A stretch of DNA of 64,000 nucleotides, taken from sequence record PV029745.1. The stretch is one strand, 5' to 3'. The stretch's first letter is position 1; the number at the start of each line of letters is the position of its first letter. The notes under the pieces are model-generated. The model saw only the letters and a list, made by a program, of their open reading frames with translations. It made no database searches and was not told the origin of the DNA. The translations under genes and the position numbers were made by a program. Below, piece after piece: positions 46,828 to 55,662 of this stretch.

Positions 46828-46867
46828 TTTCGGTTTTTTCCAGTTTTACGAGTTAATATTCAACTAG

Positions 46868-46892
46868 GTAATATAGATTTGAAATCTTTTTT
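46868..46892 (-). promoter_or_regulatory. Early promoter of the operon containing phuZ
   Basis: Minus strand AAAAAAGATTTCAAATCTATATTAC. Confidence 0.75.
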
Positions 46893-47171
46893 ACTACTGG
46901 GTGGATGGGGCTTTGTAGCCCCACGACACCCTCTTCCAAGTTTTGCGACATAGTCGTTTTTGTTTCCCTACCCCCGTACTAAAGAATAAGGAAATTATAT
47001 ATGGGGCCCCCCCAAAGGGTCCCCCCCACATATAATTACTATTTATATAAAATTTCTTTTAAAGAAAAAGCATTTAATAAGGAAAATACTCTTTATTAAA
47101 GATATCTATTCTTTAACAACAAGTTACTTATGCGCGCCCGGCCCCGCGAAAAAAAAAATAAAGTGGAATAA

Positions 47172-47191
47172 CCCTCTCCCGAAGGAGAGGG
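47172..47191 (-). terminator. Intrinsic terminator
   Basis: CCCTCTCC-CGAA-GGAGAGGG then CTTTATGCC. Confidence 0.8.
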
Positions 47192-47200
47192 CTTTATGCC

Positions 47201-47986
47201 TTAACGATTACTAAGCTTGATCATGGAGACAAACTTAGGATCCCAAGCCAGCCTATCCATATCAAAGTAACGGATAGGATGCATCATGAATCCAACTGCA
47301 ACTCCATGATAGATACTTTCGACATCATCAACTGCGATAACAACAGAACGGGTGTATTCATTCGCATCGTTTTTCATTACGTGCACGAACGATTTGACAC
47401 CCTTGCTACCAGTCAACCATTCAAGCCGTCGTTTAGCTACCTCCGCAAAACGCAGAACCTCTGGACGAACCCATTGCGGATAATGTAAGACATTATTGTT
47501 TTCCAGTTTACGAATAGAATCAGTCTCTTCATCGAGATCACCAAATACATAGGACGATACCAAACCCATGATCTGGAAATTAACCGGTTTATCAGAGGCG
47601 TCTGTAATCACCTGGTACACACCAGTAGTATTAGACAAGAAGCCACGGTCAGAGAACTCATCTACTACATCACGATACGCACGTTGAATACGTTGTTCGA
47701 TCCACCCACATTTTTCAATGTAAACGTCACGCAACAAAGACTTAACATGGGCAACGTACGATTCCTCATTGAAAGAAGAATTCAATCCACGTACGTTCAA
47801 GTAAGAACGATCTCGTCCTTCGAACGTGACAGTTGGTTTACTCCAACCACTGTGGCTTTCCACCTGTACACGGATGTTGTACGCATCCAAGGCGCCATTA
47901 CCTGTAATATCGAACCAGATGGTGTCTAGATGGTTTTTGGTGAGCCCTAATTCTTTTGCGTTAAAACTAAAATCAATATTGCTCAT
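47201..47986 (-). CDS. Hypothetical protein
   Basis: 261 aa, AGGAG RBS, own promoter and terminator. Confidence 0.7.
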   Translation of the reverse strand: MSNIDFSFNAKELGLTKNHLDTIWFDITGNGALDAYNIRVQVESHSGWSKPTVTFEGRDRSYLNVRGLNSSFNEESYVAHVKSLLRDVYIEKCGWIEQRIQRAYRDVVDEFSDRGFLSNTTGVYQVITDASDKPVNFQIMGLVSSYVFGDLDEETDSIRKLENNNVLHYPQWVRPEVLRFAEVAKRRLEWLTGSKGVKSFVHVMKNDANEYTRSVVIAVDDVESIYHGVAVGFMMHPIRYFDMDRLAWDPKFVSMIKLSNR

Positions 47987-48020
47987 CGTAACTCCTATTT
48001 AGTGATTGAATATCATTTTA

Positions 48021-48037
48021 GTAATATAGATTTAAAA
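48021..48037 (-). promoter_or_regulatory. Early promoter
   Basis: Minus strand TTTTTAAATCTATATTAC. Confidence 0.7.
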
Positions 48038-48053
48038 ACAAATACAACATAAA

Positions 48054-48071
48054 GCCTCCCCGAAGGGAGGC
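48054..48071. terminator. Intrinsic terminator
   Basis: GCCTCCC-CGAA-GGGAGGC. Confidence 0.8.
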
Positions 48072-48078
48072 GTTTATA

Positions 48079-48384
48079 TTACTCGCGTTCAACCCATGGG
48101 CGAAGATCCATTACTGTGGGAGCAGCCTTCTTAATGTAAGTTAAGATAGAGGCTTTGTCAACTGTAGGTTCTAAAGCAATACCAATTACGATACTATCTT
48201 TATTACGGATCAGTAGACGTGGTTTATTGCTCTCCAGACGTTGTTCTTCGAAGAGAATCTTACTTGGATAGGGTAAGTCATAGGGAAGTTGAAAAAGCTT
48301 ATGTAGGACCATTGGAACGATTTCTAGAGGGGTACCTAGTTCGGCTTTTATTTCTTCCAAGGTAACTTCAAATTGTGTTGCCAT
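48079..48384 (-). CDS. Hypothetical protein
   Basis: 101 aa, AAGGA RBS. Confidence 0.6.
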   Translation of the reverse strand: MATQFEVTLEEIKAELGTPLEIVPMVLHKLFQLPYDLPYPSKILFEEQRLESNKPRLLIRNKDSIVIGIALEPTVDKASILTYIKKAAPTVMDLRPWVERE

Positions 48385-48393
48385 GTTAAATCC

Positions 48394-49161
48394 TTAGATT
48401 GTGTAATATTCGTGATAACGGCGAAGTTTGTCATCATCCAACGCGATCTCTTGATAACTGATCGTAATCTTCATGTGGTTCCATGGAGATCGGAATGCGC
48501 GTCCAGTTAACGATACTTCACGGTAATCATTTACGTGTTCGTCTTTCACTTCTTCCTCGAACACGACCCCGAGTTTACTAAAACGTTTAATCAGTAGTTC
48601 AATGGATCTACCAAGCTCACCGGGGACATCCGGAAATTCTGTTGCTGATGCAATTCTAGGCATGATCACAGGACCATCTTCAACTTCATAATCTACCTTG
48701 AATACAACAACACCCAAATCTTTTTGGATTGGTCGGAAAATACGATAACCATCTTTGGTCCTCCGAAGCTTATATCCATCATCTGGATGTGCTTCTTGTA
48801 GGGCCTCTAAATGATCCTCTAGTGCGCGAACGATACCACGGTTATACCGTAGCTCTCTTTCACGATAATCGCGTTCAAACGCTTCCTGCGGGCCTTCTTT
48901 TGTAAATTCTTTTACAACGGTGTATTCAATCGTTTCACCAGTCAGATGATCGGTGATAACGAATAAGTACGTCATGGCATCAACCAAAGAATGTTGAACG
49001 CTATACCGGGTCATATCACATGGAATGGCACCAGCTCGTTCTTCTTTGAGATAATCAAACATGTCTTTGAGATGGGCCCAAACATCACAATCGCTACCTA
49101 GTCCATCCAGGTCAATCGATGTATCCGGGATTTCTCTCTGAGCACAACAACTCATACGCAC
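48394..49161 (-). CDS. Hypothetical acidic protein
   Basis: 255 aa, GAGGTG RBS. Confidence 0.65.
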   Translation of the reverse strand: MRMSCCAQREIPDTSIDLDGLGSDCDVWAHLKDMFDYLKEERAGAIPCDMTRYSVQHSLVDAMTYLFVITDHLTGETIEYTVVKEFTKEGPQEAFERDYRERELRYNRGIVRALEDHLEALQEAHPDDGYKLRRTKDGYRIFRPIQKDLGVVVFKVDYEVEDGPVIMPRIASATEFPDVPGELGRSIELLIKRFSKLGVVFEEEVKDEHVNDYREVSLTGRAFRSPWNHMKITISYQEIALDDDKLRRYHEYYTI

Positions 49162-49210
49162 CTCTTCAATTATATTTGGCGTTCACATGATAAAAGAAAA
49201 AGGCGACATA

Positions 49211-49234
49211 TAGCCTCTCCTTCGGGAGAGGCTA
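49211..49234. terminator. Intrinsic terminator
   Basis: TAGCCTCTCC-TTCG-GGAGAGGCTA; TATATGTCG tail on the minus strand. Confidence 0.8.
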
Positions 49235-49242
49235 ATGCCAGG

Positions 49243-49590
49243 TTAAGATTTCACCTGTTCATCCAGGGAAGCAAGAAACTTCTCCCAAGCGGGGCGAACC
49301 CCATGGAGGTAGTAGCTATTCTGAGTAGTCTTTTTCAGGGACTCTACGGAACATTCTTCAGGATCCCATTGATTATCGCCACCACTGCCCGGACTGAGCC
49401 CATAGCAGCTGCAATGTGAACCGTGGACCTCGTAGTATTTACCATCGCGCTCAAAGAGCACGAAAGCACTACCCGAGTAATCCTCGTATTCATACCACGC
49501 AAAAAGAATGGTAGCATTATCAAGTTCACCATTAGTCAGACCGAACTCAGAAATTACATCTTGCTCATTTTCAAAATTACCGAAGTACAT
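49243..49590 (-). CDS. Small protein with an H-x-x-H-C-x-C motif
   Basis: Start moved to ATG49590 (AGGTG RBS); YEDYSGSAFVL...VHGSHCSCYGL. Confidence 0.65.
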   Translation of the reverse strand: MYFGNFENEQDVISEFGLTNGELDNATILFAWYEYEDYSGSAFVLFERDGKYYEVHGSHCSCYGLSPGSGGDNQWDPEECSVESLKKTTQNSYYLHGVRPAWEKFLASLDEQVKS

Positions 49591-49698
49591 GATTTCACCT
49601 TTATGTTGTCTTTGCGGAATGCAAAAAAACGTTTGCAACGTTCATGCAAAATAGACAACAGGGAAATCTAACCTGTATTAAATACTGGATCTCAGTAT

Positions 49699-50082
49699 TT
49701 ATTCATCATCGAACTCTATACGGATATTGAGTTTACGATAAAGAGCAATCGCTTCTTTGTTGTTCTTGTTAACAACGGTGTTGGTGACTTTGGTGTGTTT
49801 CAGCAGTGCTTTACCAAGACCTTTACCGCGAGCTTTGCTTGCCACGTGAATAAGGTCAAGTGTATGGCTCGGTTCCAGTACAATGGCGTAGCCCAGAATT
49901 TCACCATCCAAAAATGCTCCGTAGGCTTTCCGACCAATGCGGAAGGATGGCTTTGTTAACAAAGTTTTAATACTATCTAGATCTACGACTGGCTCTAAAT
50001 AAAAGGGAAGTTCCTTTTCAGCGTACTTATTCAAATACGCTTCGATGTCAGAATACGTCACAGGTTTAATTTGAATATTCAT
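49699..50082 (-). CDS. GNAT-family acetyltransferase
   Basis: 127 aa; acetyl-CoA motif A VASKARGKGLGKALL and motif B NNKEAIALYRKL. Confidence 0.85.
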   Translation of the reverse strand: MNIQIKPVTYSDIEAYLNKYAEKELPFYLEPVVDLDSIKTLLTKPSFRIGRKAYGAFLDGEILGYAIVLEPSHTLDLIHVASKARGKGLGKALLKHTKVTNTVVNKNNKEAIALYRKLNIRIEFDDE

Positions 50083-50123
50083 CTGTGTTCTCTAAAGTCT
50101 TCCCCGAAGGGAGTGCGGTGCGA

Positions 50124-50243
50124 TTAATCTAACAATGCCTGGTCGAGAAGAGATTCAAGATAGTCAGGGAGGACAACATGTGTCCTCTCGACCTTTATGA
50201 ACTCACCAATTACTTCATGTCGAATTTCACCAATCTCTAACAT
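50124..50243 (-). CDS. 39-aa small ORF
   Basis: Translated by hand: MLEIGEIRHEVIGEFIKVERTHVVLPDYLESLLDQALLD; starts 4 nt after the upstream stop. Confidence 0.45.
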   Translation of the reverse strand: MLEIGEIRHEVIGEFIKVERTHVVLPDYLESLLDQALLD

Positions 50244-50246
50244 GAA

Positions 50247-50873
50247 CTATCCAAACACTTTAACGAATGCTTCTGGCCAGAGCATGGTTTTGAAATCAAC
50301 CCCATTAAGTTCAATGACAAGAAGACCTTTATCCAGCTTCAGACGGATGATATCAGTCTCGTCCATCTCACGTTCAGCTACATTTGACATGTAAGCAAAC
50401 ACAGCCTCGTTCGGAATCATGTATGTCTCATCCACATATGCCTTTACAACGAACAGAACGTTCTGGCATTGGATGTAATGAGTTTCAGAGAGTTCATCAT
50501 AACTGAATCGAGCTCGAACAGCAGTCTTCTGGTGAAGACTATTTGCGGTGATCTCGATATCCGTGATGACAGCCATCGCTTTAGACAATGCAAAGGTAGA
50601 CATGCTACCAGAGCCTAACCAAAGGCGATGAATTTCCGTGGGAGTTAGATCAACCGCGGACATGGGAATTTCGATAGTCGAACTATCGTAAACTTCAATG
50701 CAGTCACTGGTATACTCACCATTAATCAAGAAACGGAATACATTCCCATCTTGCTCATACTTCCAGCGGGAACCAACATTGCGCATCATTCCATCCAGAT
50801 ACAGTGCGACAACGTCAGACTTACTTGGGGATTTGAAAGTTACTTCTTCATTACGCAGGGTTGGTTGAGACAT
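50247..50873 (-). CDS. Hypothetical protein
   Basis: 208 aa, AGGAG RBS. Confidence 0.65.
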   Translation of the reverse strand: MSQPTLRNEEVTFKSPSKSDVVALYLDGMMRNVGSRWKYEQDGNVFRFLINGEYTSDCIEVYDSSTIEIPMSAVDLTPTEIHRLWLGSGSMSTFALSKAMAVITDIEITANSLHQKTAVRARFSYDELSETHYIQCQNVLFVVKAYVDETYMIPNEAVFAYMSNVAEREMDETDIIRLKLDKGLLVIELNGVDFKTMLWPEAFVKVFG

Positions 50874-50882
50874 GATAACTCC

Positions 50883-51887
50883 TTAGAAATCAATGGTGAT
50901 GGTTATTTCGTCTTTGTTATCGTCAAAGGCACGGAGACTAATGACAGTCTCGTAATGTCGTATGGACTTAGAAACAGATACCAGTTTAGTGGCACCGAGG
51001 GCATGGAGAGTATCCATGATTTCTTTGGCATTAACACTAGGAGACTGATTTCCGTAACTAACTATCAGTTGTTCAATACGCTCCTGAGTAAGAGGTTCAA
51101 CGAATGCCGTTTGCTGGTCGATTGCAGGGTAATGACCAAAATGACAAATTGTGTACTTACGTTTAAGAATGCCACCAACCTGACTAACGACATCCACACG
51201 CCGATGCGAATAACTGTAGTTTTCAAGAACATACAGATTGTCAGGGTACAGGGGAGCCAACTTATCAACGAAACCATTTGCGGCTTCACCAATGGTGGAA
51301 TCGAGTTGTACCATTACATCGTCACCGGTATAATCTATCCGCACACGAGCGTAAGGCTTCGCATCAATACAGCGGTCTGCTTGTTGCTCGGAGTGTAGGT
51401 AATTCAGAGCGTAGCCTTTACCAGTTAGTTCACCCGATACTTTAGCCAGCAGTGTCAGTAGTTCACTACCAGCTGGACTCTTTTCGGCATACTCGCCATA
51501 AAGCATTGACAGCTCTTTACTCACAGATACTTTCGTGAAATCGACATCACGTAGAACAATGGTGTCACTGTAATTACGGTAAGGGTCGTGGTAACCACCC
51601 TCTTCACCAAAGCCATAGAAACCACCATCGTATTTACGTACGATTCCAATAGTGCCAATCATCTTACGGGTATTGAGATCGAAGATGTACTGGCTCAGCT
51701 TCGGGCATTGATTTACAGAAACTTGGGATTGTTCATAACCAGCGTTATACCAATCGCTGACTAGTAGATTACCATGAACACCAGGTTCGATCAGATCAAG
51801 ACCAACATATTTAGCTGACCAGTTTTCCCAGGTGAATTTGGGTTCTTCGTGTTTTACAGCTTCTTCTTTTACAACAACATTGGACAT
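50883..51887 (-). CDS. Hypothetical protein
   Basis: Start moved from 52106 to ATG51887 (GAGG RBS, below the promoter, no overlap with the + strand gene). Confidence 0.65.
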   Translation of the reverse strand: MSNVVVKEEAVKHEEPKFTWENWSAKYVGLDLIEPGVHGNLLVSDWYNAGYEQSQVSVNQCPKLSQYIFDLNTRKMIGTIGIVRKYDGGFYGFGEEGGYHDPYRNYSDTIVLRDVDFTKVSVSKELSMLYGEYAEKSPAGSELLTLLAKVSGELTGKGYALNYLHSEQQADRCIDAKPYARVRIDYTGDDVMVQLDSTIGEAANGFVDKLAPLYPDNLYVLENYSYSHRRVDVVSQVGGILKRKYTICHFGHYPAIDQQTAFVEPLTQERIEQLIVSYGNQSPSVNAKEIMDTLHALGATKLVSVSKSIRHYETVISLRAFDDNKDEITITIDF

Positions 51888-51925
51888 ATTGCAAAACCTC
51901 TTTTTAACGGAATGTTTAGCTTGCA

Positions 51926-51951
51926 TGTAATATAGATCTAAGATATTTTTT
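51926..51951 (-). promoter_or_regulatory. Early promoter
   Basis: Minus strand AAAAAATATCTTAGATCTATATTACA, almost identical to the site at 17588. Confidence 0.75.
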
Positions 51952-51986
51952 AGCGCAATGATCTGATTAATCAAAGAGGTATAACC

Positions 51987-53231
51987 ATGGCTCTCACTAT
52001 TCGTCAAGTTCTTGACAAGCATTTCGAAGATGTCAAGTTTGACCGAGACCTTTGCAAACGAATCATCGACTACACCGTCCGTTACATGAACCGTAATGAA
52101 GATCACTCTGCATTTTTTGGTGGAGTTCTTCTAGGTGTTCAAGAAGTTCGCTTCTATGATACTGACCGTGAGATTTGGTTTGATGACGTGCTACGTGTAG
52201 ATGACGATCTACTCCGTCACGATTTCGTTAAAGCTGAAGGTATCGATCCTACACACATTGTGGCATCTGATCCATTCAACCATATTCCAGGTTATCTTAC
52301 GATCCAACTGAATAAACGTAATGACATTCCGTTGAATATCAAACAAGAAGCAATTACATGCGCTTTCATGGTGCTACATTTTAAATATCTAACATCTCTA
52401 TTGGTTAGACGATTTAAATATCCGGCTAGGCGTGAAGTGGCCGAAGCGACATTTGCTGCCCTTAACTACAAGTTTGATATTAAAGCTATTGGTAGTTGGG
52501 GAAAATTAATTCGTGAACGTTCCGAGGGGATTTCTTCGAACGACACTTCGAATATTTATTACTCGTATCTTCATGATAAGATCGAGGATAAAGACGGCTA
52601 TATGTCGAAACGCGTTGTAACTGACACGCAGTCACGTATTCGTGAATTGATCAATAAATACTACGAAGTTTATATCCGTACTTTACAATCTGGTTCTAGA
52701 TTGGTTATGACCTCTGATATTGGTGTCAATACCGATGGAGATCAAATACTAAGAGATAAAGTTAACGGTTATTCGGGTTATCTTCGCTACATGCATGGTG
52801 TTGTTAACAACGAACAGAACTTTATTAGACCTGAGCTGTTGGGTGTGATTGAGAACTCAATGGCAGCTATGCCTCCAAAGCTTCTAGTGGAATCGCTACA
52901 GTACATGTCGCGAAATTATGGTCAACCGAGAATGGGTCATCTAGAGAAACTAGTTGATGAATGTCTGCTCTACGCGTTTGACTACATGCAGTCGATTAAA
53001 ACCTCTGTACAGCGTAATACCGACCTAAACGGTATTATCGTGAAGATCCGTGCTAAGCTGATGGCTTCGCGTTCAGAAGATCCACGTGTACTCTTTATGC
53101 GGGACACCGGTGAAGCAATGGTGAAAGAAGCAACGAAGATTAAGAACCCGGCTGTTATTGCAGCTACCCGTACTGGGATCATGCTTTACATTATTCTTCG
53201 AGCTATGACCAGGAATTATTATTCCAGGTAA
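51987..53231 (+). CDS. Conserved phiKZ-like core protein (gp32-like by synteny)
   Basis: 414 aa, GAGG RBS, + strand, close to the tube/sheath genes. Confidence 0.65.
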   Translation: MALTIRQVLDKHFEDVKFDRDLCKRIIDYTVRYMNRNEDHSAFFGGVLLGVQEVRFYDTDREIWFDDVLRVDDDLLRHDFVKAEGIDPTHIVASDPFNHIPGYLTIQLNKRNDIPLNIKQEAITCAFMVLHFKYLTSLLVRRFKYPARREVAEATFAALNYKFDIKAIGSWGKLIRERSEGISSNDTSNIYYSYLHDKIEDKDGYMSKRVVTDTQSRIRELINKYYEVYIRTLQSGSRLVMTSDIGVNTDGDQILRDKVNGYSGYLRYMHGVVNNEQNFIRPELLGVIENSMAAMPPKLLVESLQYMSRNYGQPRMGHLEKLVDECLLYAFDYMQSIKTSVQRNTDLNGIIVKIRAKLMASRSEDPRVLFMRDTGEAMVKEATKIKNPAVIAATRTGIMLYIILRAMTRNYYSR

Positions 53232-53249
53232 AGAAAAAAAAACATAAAT

Positions 53250-53271
53250 GCCCTCTCCCGAAGGAGAGGGC
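53250..53271. terminator. Bidirectional terminator
   Basis: GCCCTCTCC-CGAA-GGAGAGGGC, A-run on the left, TTATGTCG on the right. Confidence 0.85.
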
Positions 53272-53281
53272 TTATGTCGTG

Positions 53282-53497
53282 TTACTTGAATAAGTGGTCT
53301 GCCAGGATTACAACGAACAAAGCGAGTAATGTATTTCTCCCGCCTTTGAATACGCGTATCCACCACTTAGATCGTTTCAATGTAACTGAGTCACACCCAG
53401 CTAGCTTTTCATGTTCATATTGCTTTGTCGAATAGAGATATCCGATATTTAAAATCACTGCAATAAAGAACAGACTAGCCAAACCGAAAGCGATCAT
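53282..53497 (-). CDS. Small membrane protein (2 TM)
   Basis: 71 aa, hydrophobic ends. Confidence 0.55.
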   Translation of the reverse strand: MIAFGLASLFFIAVILNIGYLYSTKQYEHEKLAGCDSVTLKRSKWWIRVFKGGRNTLLALFVVILADHLFK

Positions 53498-53700
53498 TAG
53501 TTATTGTAATCAACTACAGATGCGAGAAGATCAGCGGCAGTCCGATCATCAGCATTCCATAGTTTATCACACCACTCCTTATCTTCCGGATTGGTGATTT
53601 TGTGAAGTTCCATGTGACTATGGAAAGCTTGACCCCAACGTAGATTCTTATCGAGGTTCTTAAAGGAAGCCAGTCGGGTGTAGGGAATTGTTATGGCCAT
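53497..53700 (-). CDS. Small hypothetical protein
   Basis: 67 aa, coupled to both neighbours. Confidence 0.6.
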   Translation of the reverse strand: MAITIPYTRLASFKNLDKNLRWGQAFHSHMELHKITNPEDKEWCDKLWNADDRTAADLLASVVDYNN

Positions 53701-53703
53701 AAC

Positions 53704-54069
53704 TCACCGTATGCATTTAAGGGTACGTTTAGTCTGTTCACTCAGAGGACCAGTGCAGTCACCAGTCTTCAGTGCTACCAGGGTTTGATAAAACTCAGTT
53801 AACAGTGGTCGATATTTGTCGATTTCATGTTCACTGTATTTGCCTTTAGGAAAAGCGATTGTGTAACCATCAGGTGGTGGCATGTCAAACTCGGTGAACA
53901 AGTCACCATTATCGACATAATTACAGATACCTTTGTTACAGTAAATCAGATCAGAACTATCTACCATTTCAGCGTAGAGTTGGGAATCGTATTCCACCGG
54001 ATTGAACGGATCAGCGACAGCGACTTGCAATGCAATAGTGGATACCACAGCGATGAACAGTTTACGCAT
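53704..54069 (-). CDS. Secreted/periplasmic protein with a Sec signal peptide
   Basis: MRKLFIAVVSTIALQVAVA|DP, four Cys, 121 aa. Confidence 0.65.
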   Translation of the reverse strand: MRKLFIAVVSTIALQVAVADPFNPVEYDSQLYAEMVDSSDLIYCNKGICNYVDNGDLFTEFDMPPPDGYTIAFPKGKYSEHEIDKYRPLLTEFYQTLVALKTGDCTGPLSEQTKRTLKCIR

Positions 54070-54080
54070 TTCGATGTTCC

Positions 54081-54440
54081 TTACAAAGCGGTTTTGAAAT
54101 GGTTGGTTACAGCGTTGATCAACATCTCTTCGATATCGACCTTACGGTATTCTGGTTCTGAGTTCTCGTCTTCTACCATATCCCAGTAGATAGTGGCACG
54201 CAGCAGCGCTGGTGCAATGAAACGAATGATCTTGCCAGTAGCATCGAACTCCACGCTGAACATGGCATACTGTTCAGAGGTACCAGCTTTGTAGAAGATG
54301 AATGTTCCGGCGAAGGTATGAATCTCCAGTTCACCGAAAGTACTGTCACGGACTTGTTTATCGAAGTACTCACCTTTGGTGCGCATATTGTCTTCGATAA
54401 CAGTGAACAGTTCTTTGAGAAGTTCTTTATTGAGGTGCAT
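54081..54440 (-). CDS. Hypothetical protein
   Basis: 119 aa, first gene after an early promoter. Confidence 0.65.
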   Translation of the reverse strand: MHLNKELLKELFTVIEDNMRTKGEYFDKQVRDSTFGELEIHTFAGTFIFYKAGTSEQYAMFSVEFDATGKIIRFIAPALLRATIYWDMVEDENSEPEYRKVDIEEMLINAVTNHFKTAL

Positions 54441-54474
54441 TTGTAGATCCCTATTGTGGTATTGAATTCACATT

Positions 54475-54495
54475 TGTAATATAGGTTTTTAATAT
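54475..54495 (-). promoter_or_regulatory. Early promoter
   Basis: Minus strand TATTAAAAACCTATATTACA. Confidence 0.65.
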
Positions 54496-54518
54496 ATTTA
54501 AATACAAGCCGACATAAA

Positions 54519-54536
54519 GCCCAGCCGAAGCTGGGC
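54519..54536 (-). terminator. Terminator of the sheath-tube operon
   Basis: GCCCAGC-CGAA-GCTGGGC with a TTTATGTCG tail on the minus strand. Confidence 0.8.
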
Positions 54537-54542
54537 CATATA

Positions 54543-54755
54543 TCAAGCGTACTGTGCGTTTGCTTCTACGGGTAAACCACGAGCGATGTTATCTGCATCG
54601 GTAGCTACAGAAGCAGCTACTCGATTAATACGGTGCCAAAGACCATTATCTTCAGCAGCGACATCAGCAGAGATCAAATCGTTGTACCTTTCAACGGAAC
54701 CCCCTTGAGCGGGAGTTTGCGTCGAAGCATCATCTAGCTTAAGGGGATTAGCCAT
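54543..54755 (-). CDS. Small protein coupled to the tail tube gene
   Basis: 70 aa; TAATG stop/start overlap. Confidence 0.6.
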   Translation of the reverse strand: MANPLKLDDASTQTPAQGGSVERYNDLISADVAAEDNGLWHRINRVAASVATDADNIARGLPVEANAQYA

Positions 54756-55630
54756 TAGTCAGCACCATCGTAGGTTACACGGTTAGTAGCGGATTTCTCC
54801 AGCTGATCACGCAGACCAATGTTGGCAGCACGTACGTCAGCAGAGATGGATTCAATCCAACCACGTTGTTCGTTCGGGTTCATCCCTTTAATGTTCAGTG
54901 TACGGAACAGTTGACGAGCATACATGGTAACACCTTCAGATACGTCAGTCATCGCCGAGAACTCAATACTGAGGTCAAGGTTCTGGCCGATCTGTGCGGC
55001 GTCTTTACGGCTCTCCCATTGACCAGTCGACAGCGGGAACATGTTGGTGCAGAGATATGCGCTAACAACGTCTTGGAAAGTCGGGTCTGGTTCAACGAAT
55101 AGAATCGTGGCACCGTAGAAGGTAGCATCGTATTTCTCCGGCGGAACGTTACCTTCTGCAACGATACGCGGGATCTTGGTATTCTCGTCACCGATACCGT
55201 AGGTGATCCACCACTTCAGGTAACGCTGGATAGCACGACCTTGCAGTTCCCAGCAACCCAACGACGGAGTCGAACGAGCACGGGTAACGTTGGTGGCAGC
55301 CTGGATGGCTTCACCAGAACCACCCCAAGGAGCTTCTGCGGTATCAACAGTTACAGTCTGCTGTAGACCATCGATAGTACGAACATGGTTCTCTACCAGG
55401 GCTTTAAGCGAACGAACTAGTTGCCGGCTATTGCTAGCGTATTGGAAGAAGCGTGGAGCTTCCAGAAGGAACGGGACGAGGTTCCGGCTAACGTAAGGAG
55501 TGTTACTCGCAAGGTTAGCCAGATCAGGACGAAAGACATCCGTACCAGCCTGAGCCAGGTTGATGGTGTTCTTGGAACCACCTGCACCGTAGCCGGACTG
55601 AGGAGCCATCGGGTCATTATAACGTTTCAT
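54755..55630 (-). CDS. Tail tube protein (phiKZ gp30-like)
   Basis: 291 aa, directly downstream of the sheath gene; beta-rich pattern of the tube family. Confidence 0.75.
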   Translation of the reverse strand: MKRYNDPMAPQSGYGAGGSKNTINLAQAGTDVFRPDLANLASNTPYVSRNLVPFLLEAPRFFQYASNSRQLVRSLKALVENHVRTIDGLQQTVTVDTAEAPWGGSGEAIQAATNVTRARSTPSLGCWELQGRAIQRYLKWWITYGIGDENTKIPRIVAEGNVPPEKYDATFYGATILFVEPDPTFQDVVSAYLCTNMFPLSTGQWESRKDAAQIGQNLDLSIEFSAMTDVSEGVTMYARQLFRTLNIKGMNPNEQRGWIESISADVRAANIGLRDQLEKSATNRVTYDGAD

Positions 55631-55662
55631 TTCGATTCCTCAAAAATGAGTAGTTACCGAGC

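Noticed and set aside
51888-52106. N-terminal extension of the 407-aa ORF across the + strand gene
   Set aside because: A better start with RBS exists at 51887, downstream of the early promoter at 51926
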